This document shows, piece by piece, positions 1 to 9,900 of a DNA stretch of 64,000 nucleotides. Source of the stretch: a virus; the IMG/VR virus record IMGVR_UViG_3300020464_000002, positions 1,326 through 65,325 of that record. One strand, given 5' to 3'. Within the stretch, counting starts at the first letter, position 1; each line of letters opens with the position of its first letter. A model generated the notes under the pieces. The model was not told where the DNA came from, searched no databases, and worked only from the letters and a program-made list of their open reading frames with translations. The position numbers were made by a program, and so were the translations under genes.

Positions 1-1225
1 ACCTTGCCAGCACCTTTTAACCGTTGAAAACAACGCGCAAACCACCTTGACGCTATCGCAAGGCCGACTTATCGAAGACGGTACAGGGCGACAATGGCGC
101 TTGCTGGCCTCGTTAACACTGAGCGCAGGTGAGGTAAAAACAGTATTGGTTGAGCAGAGCGTGATTAATCGCGTGAGTATGACTGTGCCAGTCAATGAGC
201 CGTTTTATACCGTGTCGCTATCGACCACTGACGGCGCTTATTTTTCAGGCATTGGCATTACCAACACGACCACTGGTGAGATCTACCAGCATACGCCTAA
301 ATTCATGAACGCCGCCGTAGACGCGCCAGCCTACACCTTACAAAGTGACGATTTGGTCAATATTAATGTCGTTTTTGGGGCAAGCGATCGCGCCGGCAAG
401 ACCGTACAATCGGGTGAAGTGTACGAATTTGCAATCACTCAAAGCTATGGTGAGGTCGATGCGGCAAGCCTAGGCCAAGCCGCGCTTAGCGAGATCAATA
501 CTAGCGATGAAAGCAAGTTAAACCTTTATTTTAAAGCTGGCGATATGATCCGCGCTGGCACTAATCCACTAACGATCAATCAACTTAGATTGCTGGCCAG
601 CTTCCCCTCAATGTACGATCGTAACGCGGTATTTATGGGTAATTTTACCTTTTTGGTTATGCAGCACTTTATGAGCCGTTTTAATTACATGGCAATATGG
701 AATGAAGCCACCAATGAAAAATACTACGGCGCATCATTGGATAGCATCAATCACTTAAACCTTGCAGTCGTGGCCAAAAGTAATAACGCCAGCGAGAAAG
801 CCCAGCTGATCACCGATATTCAGCAATTAGTAGCACGCGCTGATAGCTTGTTAGAGGGGCGCGTTAGGGTTAGGGTGGTGGTTGAACGACCATACCGTAT
901 TACGATCACAGGGCGCTTGGCAGCGGTGCACGATATAGACTCAGTACGCACACAGATCAAAGAATTGTTGCTGGCCAGCTATGGCAAGGGATCACTTGCC
1001 GCAATCCATCATAACGCCGATGGGTTCAATCAATTAGAGATTGCAACGCGCTTGCGTACCGACATATCAGCCTTTCAAGATCGTATTAGTGATTTTACCG
1101 TGAGCAGTGAGGATGTAGCCGCTAATCCAGTAAAGCCGCATGAGTGGGCTTTTTTGAATAACGACAGCATAACCATCAACTTAACCCGAACGGCAGACAG
1201 TGGTAACGCGACATGGACAATGTAA
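1..1225 (+). CDS. baseplate wedge protein, P2 gpJ-like; 5' end outside window
   Basis: Frame is open from nt 2 to the stop at 1223-1225, so the listed TTG at 47 is probably internal. It overlaps a gpI-like ORF by 13 nt, as in the P2 J-I pair. Family call by eye. Confidence 0.45.
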   Translation, partial: PCQHLLTVENNAQTTLTLSQGRLIEDGTGRQWRLLASLTLSAGEVKTVLVEQSVINRVSMTVPVNEPFYTVSLSTTDGAYFSGIGITNTTTGEIYQHTPKFMNAAVDAPAYTLQSDDLVNINVVFGASDRAGKTVQSGEVYEFAITQSYGEVDAASLGQAALSEINTSDESKLNLYFKAGDMIRAGTNPLTINQLRLLASFPSMYDRNAVFMGNFTFLVMQHFMSRFNYMAIWNEATNEKYYGASLDSINHLNLAVVAKSNNASEKAQLITDIQQLVARADSLLEGRVRVRVVVERPYRITITGRLAAVHDIDSVRTQIKELLLASYGKGSLAAIHHNADGFNQLEIATRLRTDISAFQDRISDFTVSSEDVAANPVKPHEWAFLNNDSITINLTRTADSGNATWTM

Positions 1226-1842
1226 ACTTAACAGCCAGTGATTTTTTATCACCAATTTTGCACAGTAGCGCCGCCAATGAATTAGAACGCGCCATGGCTG
1301 GCGTGTTTGTCGCTACCATTCAAGATCAAATGATCGACCAGTTAAACGATATTTACAACTACGGCGCGCCTTGGCAGGGCGGCCGTACCGTTGTTGAGCG
1401 CTTTACTAAGCTAAACGGCCTTGCGGTATTGCGGCGAGATGATGACGGCCTGAGCGATAAGCTGATGAGCATTATTTATGCAAATTGGGAGGCTATGGCC
1501 AGTGAGCGCGGCCTAGGGTTTTTGCAGTTTGTTTTAGACATGCTTTACCCGAACCAAAACGAGATCAAGCAGCTGTGGCACTCGAAAGCGCTGGCAAGTA
1601 GCTATCCAAATCATGTCAGAGAAAAAGGCGGCGCTGGATTGTTTTTAACCAGTCGCGTGCGTATCAAGATCGATGCGTCCGTAAACATTGCCGAGCTATC
1701 AGAGCTTGCGCCAACCATGACCCGCCTTGTGCCTTGGCATATTGTGCCTGAGATCGCCGTTAGCCTGAGCACGGATGACACAGGGCTAACCATGGCCGCC
1801 GCTGGCACGTTGTATCAAGTGGCCAATTTTTCACCGTACTAA
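1213..1842 (+). CDS. baseplate/tail protein, P2 gpI-like
   Basis: ATG overlaps the upstream stop. N-terminal FLSPILHSSAANELERA resembles the LLPPxxxxLExA start of Tail_P2_I proteins. Follows the J-like gene. Confidence 0.45.
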   Translation: MDNVNLTASDFLSPILHSSAANELERAMAGVFVATIQDQMIDQLNDIYNYGAPWQGGRTVVERFTKLNGLAVLRRDDDGLSDKLMSIIYANWEAMASERGLGFLQFVLDMLYPNQNEIKQLWHSKALASSYPNHVREKGGAGLFLTSRVRIKIDASVNIAELSELAPTMTRLVPWHIVPEIAVSLSTDDTGLTMAAAGTLYQVANFSPY

Positions 1843-1865
1843 CCCTTATATCATAGATTGCCAAT

Positions 1866-1939
1866 GGAACACCCCTAAAAGCCCCGCCTAATAACTTGTC
1901 AAAATAGCCTTATCACTCATTCATTGATAAGGCTTTTTT
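1866..1939 (+). promoter_or_regulatory. late promoter-leader module 1
   Basis: GGAACACCCCTAAA at 1866-1879; TGtCAAAAT with hexamer at 1900-1905 (offset 34); inverted repeat AGCCTTATCA 1906-1915 / TGATAAGGCT 1925-1934; T5; ATG 1940. Confidence 0.6.
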
Positions 1940-2560
1940 ATGAAAACAAACACCCCAAGCCTAGCGGCTTACCGCAAGCAATACCAAACGATGAAGTCGT
2001 TAGGTGCTGCTATGTTGGCGTGTAACGCTGTATTGGTTATTGATGGTTACGAAAACCTATACATGCTGATACAAAACTTCCAGCGCCCAATTTGCAGCCA
2101 CCATGACCCCGCTGATGTGGACTTAGCACGCGGCTTACAGGCGCACGCCGCTGGTACGCGTAAAACCAACTTTGAGAGCCAATGGACGTTTATTGAAACC
2201 GAAAGCGGCGTTATTTCACAGTTTGCAGACGACCTAGTAAACATTCATGACGGCATTATCCCGCTGGCACGCGTTTATGACGGTTTTGTTGATGACGGCG
2301 ATAACATCAAAGGCTTGCGTGAATATGAGCTGATCGATTCCGCGATCACGTTTGCTGATGGCGGCGGTGAGATCGATTCAGCCAGCCGCAGTCAGATCTT
2401 ACAAGTACAAGCAAGTTGCCGTTACAACTTCTTTGGTAATGACAGCAAGCTAGGCTCATCAAGCACAGACGTTTTCGCTAACACCTTAAACAGCGCACTA
2501 GGCGCATTTGGCGGCCTAACCGCTACATCCAGTTCAGACAACGTTACCATTTTTGGTTAA
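1940..2560 (+). CDS. virion protein, possible tail-tube-fold (T4 gp19/gp54-like); paralog of 6282..6881
   Basis: Starts 34 nt after the late -10. Shares WTFIETESG / MTFIETSTG and overall size with 6282..6881. Function unverified. Confidence 0.4.
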   Translation: MKTNTPSLAAYRKQYQTMKSLGAAMLACNAVLVIDGYENLYMLIQNFQRPICSHHDPADVDLARGLQAHAAGTRKTNFESQWTFIETESGVISQFADDLVNIHDGIIPLARVYDGFVDDGDNIKGLREYELIDSAITFADGGGEIDSASRSQILQVQASCRYNFFGNDSKLGSSSTDVFANTLNSALGAFGGLTATSSSDNVTIFG

Positions 2561-2569
2561 GGCGGCCTT

Positions 2570-3064
2570 GTGAGCGTTAATGATACAGACGTGAATCACG
2601 TCATTGGCACGATCGAGGATGCAGCCAATGATTTGTATGAGGAGCTTTTAACGACTGGTTATTCTTTATTGCTCAGCGATGTGGTTAAGGTTTTTATTAT
2701 CAATACCAAAAAATACGCGGGGTGGTCAGGCGAGTTGCAGCATTGCCCCAAGAGCGATGAATCATGCGTAAAACCGTTGTTGGAGATCGATCAAAACACG
2801 GTTTTGGGGGTGGATGACTGGGTGATTGTTGAGCCAGTTATCCGCGCTCATTGCGATCTCGTTCAGGCGCGGCGTATGGAGGGGGCGCAGAATTTAGGCG
2901 TTCAACCCGCTGGCATGTCGTCAAGCGAGGCACGCCAGCTATACGATGATGCGGTAAGGACAATGCAAAAAGAGGCGTTTCAATTCCAGCCGTTTAGTAT
3001 TGAGATACCTAAAGACGACCCGCGCTACCCTGAGACTAGCCCTTGGCTGGTATGGCAATCATAA
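2570..3064 (+). CDS. hypothetical virion-module protein
   Basis: GTG start 9 nt after the upstream stop, with AAGG upstream. Tightly packed in the late operon. Confidence 0.6.
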   Translation: MSVNDTDVNHVIGTIEDAANDLYEELLTTGYSLLLSDVVKVFIINTKKYAGWSGELQHCPKSDESCVKPLLEIDQNTVLGVDDWVIVEPVIRAHCDLVQARRMEGAQNLGVQPAGMSSSEARQLYDDAVRTMQKEAFQFQPFSIEIPKDDPRYPETSPWLVWQS

Positions 3065-3125
3065 GACATGGCCGCCGATCTACTGGCGGCCACACCCAAA
3101 TAACCATTACTTTTGAGACAAACGC

Positions 3126-4019
3126 GTGAATATTCAGCTTGAAGATGGTAGTCAAATTGGCGGCGGTAATCTAATCAGCGCAATCTATCGAACCGACCTT
3201 GTTCCAGTGCCAGTGACATTAGAGCTGGTGGTAAAGGCTGATGATAGATTGCGTGATTTATTTACCATTGGTCGCAAGATGACCACACCAAAAGGCGTGC
3301 CGCTGGTAATTGTTAAGTCGCAAGTGATCAATGAGCAGTCAATCAAGGCTGGCCGCCGTGTTGCGGCTATTCATGTGATCGCTATTATCGGTGGCTGTGA
3401 GGCACTGCTAGGCGTGACCAATAAGGCGGTGCATTTAGAGAACACCAATTTTAATGAAGTTTACCGCGCACTTGGCGCAAAGGTGAGAATCCAGCGTGAC
3501 GTTAAACTTGCCAGCTTTACTTGCTTAAAAGGGCAGTTACCAACCGCATCGATTGCATTGGCATTGCAGCGTGAGGCCGCCGTGGTATGCAACACCGAAA
3601 GCGGCTTATCTATCATACGCCTAAATGAGCTGATGGGCGGTGATGCGATCATGTTTGATAAAACCGCCGTCCAGTGGATCGACAATCCAAACGCCGTCAG
3701 GCATAGCAATGTCAACTACTTATCGATCGATGACAATGGATCGGACATTTTAGGCACGGCAAGGGCTGAGCGCTCAATACAGTATTATCCCCGCGCTGAT
3801 ACCCGCGAATTACAGAACCTACGCCGCATTTTAATCACTAAAGCCACGATCACCCGCCAGCTGGATGAGCGCTTGGACGCTGGCGCGATCATATCGGTTG
3901 ATGATCAATCATTAGTCACGCTCACTGGTGTTCACAAGTACGAAACAGGCGCTATGGGTGGTCGCTCAGTGGCCGCAACTAAGGCATGGCTGGCACAGGT
4001 CGAGGACGCTAAACAATGA
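3126..4019 (+). CDS. hypothetical baseplate-module protein (possible hub, gpD/Mu gp44-like)
   Basis: GTG start. The stop overlaps the start of the spike gene (ATGA), which supports a baseplate role. The hub call is only positional. Confidence 0.35.
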   Translation: MNIQLEDGSQIGGGNLISAIYRTDLVPVPVTLELVVKADDRLRDLFTIGRKMTTPKGVPLVIVKSQVINEQSIKAGRRVAAIHVIAIIGGCEALLGVTNKAVHLENTNFNEVYRALGAKVRIQRDVKLASFTCLKGQLPTASIALALQREAAVVCNTESGLSIIRLNELMGGDAIMFDKTAVQWIDNPNAVRHSNVNYLSIDDNGSDILGTARAERSIQYYPRADTRELQNLRRILITKATITRQLDERLDAGAIISVDDQSLVTLTGVHKYETGAMGGRSVAATKAWLAQVEDAKQ

Positions 4020-4672
4020 GCTTTATATCCCCTTATATGCACCCCGCCAAGCTGATGAGCTATGACAAAGTTAATCGTACCGCAAAAGTCGCTATTGCTG
4101 GCTTAACGGACGGCATAGCAGAGGGTATCACCGCTATGCTGGCGTACCCCATAGGTGATGACGACTTAGACACGGAGCGCGAATTATTGGCCGGCGCTGA
4201 CGTATGGGTATTTTTTGAGCAAGGCGATGTATCAATGCCAGTGGTGGCTTTTTACCGCCGTCATGGTCAAGGCCGCGCAACCGTGGACGTGCGCCGCATA
4301 CGCCAAGAGAATATCGAGATATTGGCGCGTACCAGCATAACGCTAAGCGCTAAAGACTTTATCGATTTAAAAGCCAGCAAAATAAACCTTGATGCCGACA
4401 CTGTGACCATCAACGCCACCGAGCTAAATATCAATGCTGAGACAAACGCAAAAGGCGATATCAACCAAATTGGTGATTACTTTATGACAGGCGATCAGCT
4501 GATCAATGGCGGCCAAACGATCAACGGCAACAGCGTGTCATACGGCAATCAGACCATTAACGGTAGCGTGCACTCAACGGTTGATATAACCGCTGGCAAT
4601 ATTTCAGTGAGATACCACTATCACAGCGGCGTAAAAGAAGGCGGTAGTGATACCAGCCAATCCCAAAATTAA
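4016..4672 (+). CDS. baseplate central spike, P2 gpV-like
   Basis: GADVWVFFEQGDVSMPVVAFY matches the gpV OB-fold motif. The C-terminal half is repetitive (INATELNINAETNAKGDINQIG..QTINGNSVSYGNQTINGS), like a beta-helical needle. Confidence 0.6.
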   Translation: MSFISPYMHPAKLMSYDKVNRTAKVAIAGLTDGIAEGITAMLAYPIGDDDLDTERELLAGADVWVFFEQGDVSMPVVAFYRRHGQGRATVDVRRIRQENIEILARTSITLSAKDFIDLKASKINLDADTVTINATELNINAETNAKGDINQIGDYFMTGDQLINGGQTINGNSVSYGNQTINGSVHSTVDITAGNISVRYHYHSGVKEGGSDTSQSQN

Positions 4673-4684
4673 TCAGGCGGCAAT

Positions 4685-6292
4685 ATGAAACTTTTTGACA
4701 GAATGGCAGGTATGCTCATAAGCAACCGCGAAATGAAACAGACGCGCACACCGTCCAGTATTCATGACGCAAACCATCAGTATGATGCTATGAACCAGTT
4801 TGAGCTTGGCACGTACTACAACAAAGAAAAAATACCGCGCACCCGCCAGCAGATCTACACCATGTGGGAGTTGATGCAAAAAGACCCACAGGTTGCAGAA
4901 GCGTTGAGCTTGCACGCGACCGCCGCACTAGGTGGCCATGAAACGACAGGGGATATGATCTTTATGACCCCGCATGACCGCATTAGAGGCAAAGGCCGCC
5001 GCGCAAAAGAGCTACGCGATAAGGTAGAGCGCGAATCACGTCACATGACGACCATTATCAACCGTCACATATTCCCGCTGGCACGTCAGGCGATCGGTTT
5101 TGGCGATAGCTATGCGCGTATCTATACCGACAAACGTGCTGGCGTGGTTGGCTTGATGAATAATAGACACACCGCGCCGCCGTTGATCATGCCGTTTGAG
5201 CAAGCAGGTGATACGATCGGTTTTCATGCGTTAGAAGAAGAAGACTTTGAGCGCTCAATAGCCAAGTTAACACCTATGCAAATGTTGCGGGTAAAAATGC
5301 CGCGTATCACCAATGTGCCGCAAATGTCGCTACAAGTTTGGCAGGACGAAAAAACGCTTATTTACGACAATCGCTATGACAATCCGATTTTACCGAGTGA
5401 AGTTGGCGGTTCGTTCCTATACCCGATTGAGGAACCGTGGCAAGACGTGACCATTAGCCGCGCTGGACTCAATAACCAGCAGATTGCAGACAGCGTAAAG
5501 CAAGCCTTTTTAACGATCAACATGGAGGGGATGCCGCCAGCGCAATCTAAGAAGTATAAAGAGGGACTTACCAAAATGCTTGGTAACTATCGCGAACAGA
5601 TAGAAGAAGCATTTAAAGGCGGCGAGGCGTTGTACGGCACAAGCTACCACGTCATGCCGCAGTGGGGCGATAAGCAGATCTTACAATCAGTGGGGGATCT
5701 AACACAGCGCCAAGCACCACTTAACGAGGGTACGTTAATGGTCAACCTAAGACGCTTAGCGGGTGGCCTTGGTATTGATCTCGCACTAATGGGGTGGGCT
5801 GATATGCTGGCGGGTGGACTAGGCGATGGGGCGGCGTTCCATACATCAGCACAGATCATGAATAGATCTATGCTTATTCGTCAAGCAATCATTGATGCGC
5901 TTAATCACTTGATGAGCATTCACTGGGGGATAAAGTACGGTGAGCACTTTGACTCTAAAGAGTACCCTTGGCAGTTTGATTTTTACAGCGACCAAAACGC
6001 GGCGGCCTCACAAGCACTAAACAACAAGCAGAACCGCGCCAATACAACAACCATTCAGGTGCAAGCCATACAGATGATCAAGGAGCTGGGCTTAGACAAG
6101 GAGACAGCGCAATTAGTCCTAGAAGATGAAATGGGCTATGACATGGCCATGGCTGAGAAAATTGCTATCTCTATTACCACGCCACCGCCGGCTGAGGGTG
6201 ATCAAATGATGATGATGCCTGATGGACAACCAATGAACCCGCCACAAGATGATGAGCTGCCTGACGAATTGGATTTTGACTATGAGGAATAA
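4685..6292 (+). CDS. portal protein, T4 gp20-like
   Basis: RTRQQIYTMWELMQKDPQVAEALSLHATAA fits the R..R..Y..Y..M...PEI..ALDIYADD signature recalled for gp20-type portals. 535 aa with an acidic C-terminus. Confidence 0.5.
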   Translation: MKLFDRMAGMLISNREMKQTRTPSSIHDANHQYDAMNQFELGTYYNKEKIPRTRQQIYTMWELMQKDPQVAEALSLHATAALGGHETTGDMIFMTPHDRIRGKGRRAKELRDKVERESRHMTTIINRHIFPLARQAIGFGDSYARIYTDKRAGVVGLMNNRHTAPPLIMPFEQAGDTIGFHALEEEDFERSIAKLTPMQMLRVKMPRITNVPQMSLQVWQDEKTLIYDNRYDNPILPSEVGGSFLYPIEEPWQDVTISRAGLNNQQIADSVKQAFLTINMEGMPPAQSKKYKEGLTKMLGNYREQIEEAFKGGEALYGTSYHVMPQWGDKQILQSVGDLTQRQAPLNEGTLMVNLRRLAGGLGIDLALMGWADMLAGGLGDGAAFHTSAQIMNRSMLIRQAIIDALNHLMSIHWGIKYGEHFDSKEYPWQFDFYSDQNAAASQALNNKQNRANTTTIQVQAIQMIKELGLDKETAQLVLEDEMGYDMAMAEKIAISITTPPPAEGDQMMMMPDGQPMNPPQDDELPDELDFDYEE

Positions 6293-6881
6293 TTTTTTTA
6301 ATAGTATTGCCGCCGCTGCGACCAACACAGCCAAAAGCTACTTGCCTATGCAGGATCTTAGAAAAATGTATGGCGAAGTCAGAGCACATGAGATCTTGTT
6401 ACAGTGCATGTATGTTGTGACGATCGAGGATATTTACGGTATTGGCGCTGGCATACCGTGGTTTACCGACCAGTCGTTGAGCTATCTTGTGACCGAAACT
6501 GATTTATCGCTAGGTAGCGCTGATGCTGAGTCGTTTCATGTTGGCGCATTACCCGCCAGCTATTTAACGCAAAAAACCGCTGATGAAATGGACATGACAT
6601 TCATCGAAACCAGCACAGGCGCAATCTTTAAATCATTTAGGGCTTGCTATGATTTGGCGTTCAACAAAGACGGCACGGTAAACGTGCCTAAAGATTATTG
6701 TTTTAAGCTAAGCATTGGCTTGATCAACCATAAAAGACCGAACGACCCGCCAGCCGTCACGCGATCTTGGATCGTGTCGGTCAAAAGTGGCCGAGCCGAG
6801 ACAAGCGCCGTTGGTAGAAGTGAGGTTGCTAAAGAAGCAATCACCTTTCAGAAGATGAGGCCATTGATCTTCGAGCGTTAG
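6282..6881 (+). CDS. virion protein, possible tail-tube-fold; paralog of 1940..2560
   Basis: In-frame ATG at 6282 overlaps the portal stop by 11 nt; alternatives are 6348 and 6366. Shares the TFIETxxG motif with 1940..2560. Confidence 0.4.
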   Translation: MRNNFFNSIAAAATNTAKSYLPMQDLRKMYGEVRAHEILLQCMYVVTIEDIYGIGAGIPWFTDQSLSYLVTETDLSLGSADAESFHVGALPASYLTQKTADEMDMTFIETSTGAIFKSFRACYDLAFNKDGTVNVPKDYCFKLSIGLINHKRPNDPPAVTRSWIVSVKSGRAETSAVGRSEVAKEAITFQKMRPLIFER

Positions 6882-6886
6882 GCCAC

Positions 6887-6962
6887 GGAACACCCCTAAA
6901 CAGCACCCCTTAAAACTTGTCAGAATAACCGTATCTTATTAATTATTCATAGGTACGGCGAA
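6887..6962 (+). promoter_or_regulatory. late promoter-leader module 2
   Basis: GGAACACCCCTAAA at 6887-6900; TGtCAGAAT with hexamer at 6921-6926 (offset 34); imperfect inverted repeat CCGTATCT 6929-6936 / AGGTACGG 6951-6958; ATG 6963. Confidence 0.6.
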
Positions 6963-9900
6963 ATGGCATACACCAAACAGAATAAAGCGCACAGCAATCA
7001 CTATATCACCAAGCCTGACGGCTCAACCGCCAGTCGGTACAGCCGTTATGAGACTGGACGTATCACAGGCCGCTATCGTGAAATACCAGCCGTTCTAGCG
7101 GACAGCACAGGCTTTGACAGCCTAGGCTTTGATAGCAGCGTTGGCAGCGTTGATGACCGCTGGCACGTTGTTAACGTTTTTGACTCAGTAAATACTTATA
7201 TTGATAGCATTGCCGTTGGCGGCGCGATGGACGGCAACCACGCCTTGCAAATCGCCAAGTCACAGCTAGACAGCTTGGGCGGCACTACTTGCCAGCTAAT
7301 CACCAACAACGCCATGCAGTTTGACGGTATGGATCACGACCACGCATGGTCGATTGATGCCATTAATAAGCTGATGGATAACCCCTCGCAAAACAAGAGC
7401 TACCTACCAGTAATCACCGCGCCTGAATTGGTCGTTGAGGCTGAGCGCGTCACGTTTGATAGCGTGCAGTGGGATAGTAACAACAACCTAATCAGCCATG
7501 GCGGTAAAGACAGCCGCTTGTATCTTGATCTTACCCGCGCTGATACCCGAAACGAGCTTGTCACTGAGTTTGACTTGGCAGACGCGTTATTTGACATGGA
7601 CGCACAGGAAGCGGGTTTTGATGCGTTGATGGACACAAAAAGTCGCTTACCTCTACTAAAAGATCGTTTATTTAAAGCGCTTAGCCAAGCAGGTGATGAA
7701 AGTCTATCTGTAACCAATGTAACGCAAACCAAAGAATTTAAGCGCCAAGGTGTGATTAATATCGCGTTTGTCTTTGATTTGTCAGACGGCCAAAAGCTGT
7801 CTATTTGGTTCCACAAGCCGCTAGAGTCCTCATCCAAACTACTACCAAGCGACTACATGGTGTCGTGGAAGTGGATGTTGAATAAGCGCGATGTAACCGC
7901 CGCATTATCACCAAAACACGGCGATAACGTGCAGTTGCCAGCGCTGGCACGCCGTATCATGCGTGTGGCCGCTAAGAACTCTAAACGCTTTAAAGCCGCG
8001 CAAGCACGCAAGGCCAAGGTTGAGCAAGAGTTATTGGATGCAGAACAAGCAATCGAAGATAAAAAAGCCACGATCAGTCAATTAGACGCTGATATTGCTG
8101 ATATTAACGCTAAAATTGATGCTGCTATGAAAGCGCCCGACTCAGACACAGTTAATGAGTCAGGCTTGCAAGCTGACGAGCCAGCGGACGCGCCAGTAAG
8201 TACGACAGCGGCGACCGCCATCCCCGTAAGAGAAGCGCTTGAATACGTCAAAGCGAATATCTTTGAAGGCAAAGATGATCAAGTCTTAATGTATGTCACC
8301 GATAGAAGTACCGGTGAGATCAAAGAAACTAAGCTAGTGAAGGCGTCGAGCAAATCAGCGCAAACGCGATGGTCAAACAATTTTGTCAATGATGATACGA
8401 CTGGCTCAGTCTATAACCAGTCAATCCCTAAAACCAATAGCAACGCCGCCACCTTACTTGAAGACCTAGGGTACAAGATTAATTATGCCGATCCTGAAGG
8501 TTTCATTGATGATCAATTCAAAGTTGGTGACGCTTACCGCTTTATTGATCCTAACGACGCTAATGACACGGGCAGTGTCTTAGAGTTTAAGAGCTGGGAG
8601 GGTATCAACAGAGGTAACGACGAGCCGATACTATCATTTTCATCGTTTAGCGGCGCAAGTGGCAAGAGCTTTAAGCTTAGCGAGATGCAAAAACTTGTTG
8701 CTGACGGTGCGGCGGTACTGGTAACAGACTCAGAAGCGCAAGAAGCCAAGGATTTTGAAACCGAGCAGCCGGTATCGGTGTATGTGAACAGTAAAGGCCG
8801 TGAATTGGTAACAGTGACGTACAGTCATGGTCAATACAATCTTAAAGGCAGTGGCTTTATGAATGGCGCTGACGATGAAGCGGGCGTGTTAAAGATTTTG
8901 CGATCTATAAGAAAAGACAATAAATCCATGAAGTTGAAAGAGGGTAAAGAATTTTTCCCCGCGGGCGATGACGGTAAAGAATATCCGCCGCTTGAGTATG
9001 ACGCCGAAAGCAAAACAGTTACCGCTTACATGAATAGTAAGAAAAAAGATAGCTGGACGGCCATACCTAAAGACGATGGCGGCTTTACCGTGTACGCCGA
9101 TAACGCCCAAACTCGCGCCTACAGAACCAGCGCACCGAAAATGTTTGATAACAGCGAAGATCTCATTGCCACTTACCCCGCGTTTAGAGGTATCGACGCA
9201 TTATTGGCCAAGCATAGCACTAGCAGCGATGACGTAGACTACGCGGAGATCGATGAAAGCGAGTACCCTGAATTATTCCTAGATCGCAACAGCGATAAGC
9301 TAAATATTTTAGGTATCGGCGATGACAATATTCATGTAGGCAACCAAAACCACGGCGAGGACAGCTATAGCGATCTATACCATATCGACACCGGTATCTT
9401 TAAAGATATGACACTAAACTTTACGGATGCCGTGTGTAAGGTAGTCGATGCTTCCATCGATATAGGTGCTGATGCGGTTGTCGGTGACTATACAGCAACA
9501 GCTTATCAAGATTCAATGTTCGATGACCTTAACAGCAAATCCAACCCCACTTACGGTATCACCGTGCAGATCTCAAAAGATGGTGCTTACTTGCGCGCCG
9601 AAGTCGATGCTTATGGTGAAGCTAAGATCTTAAAAGGCATGAGTGGCCAAGACGTTGTTGCAACCGTAAAACACGTATTTACCGATAATACCGGCGAATA
9701 CAAAACAGCGATTGAAAACGCATTAGACGCACAGGCGGATCAAGATATGGACGATAAAAAAGCAGATGACGATATGAGTACAACAGACACGCATGATGTA
9801 CCTAACACAGCTGAGACAGCGCCAGCAGCCAATATTAGCAACTCAGGCATTCCCGACATAACCAATGCAGATAAAAGCAATGCCTTGGAATATGGAGAAA

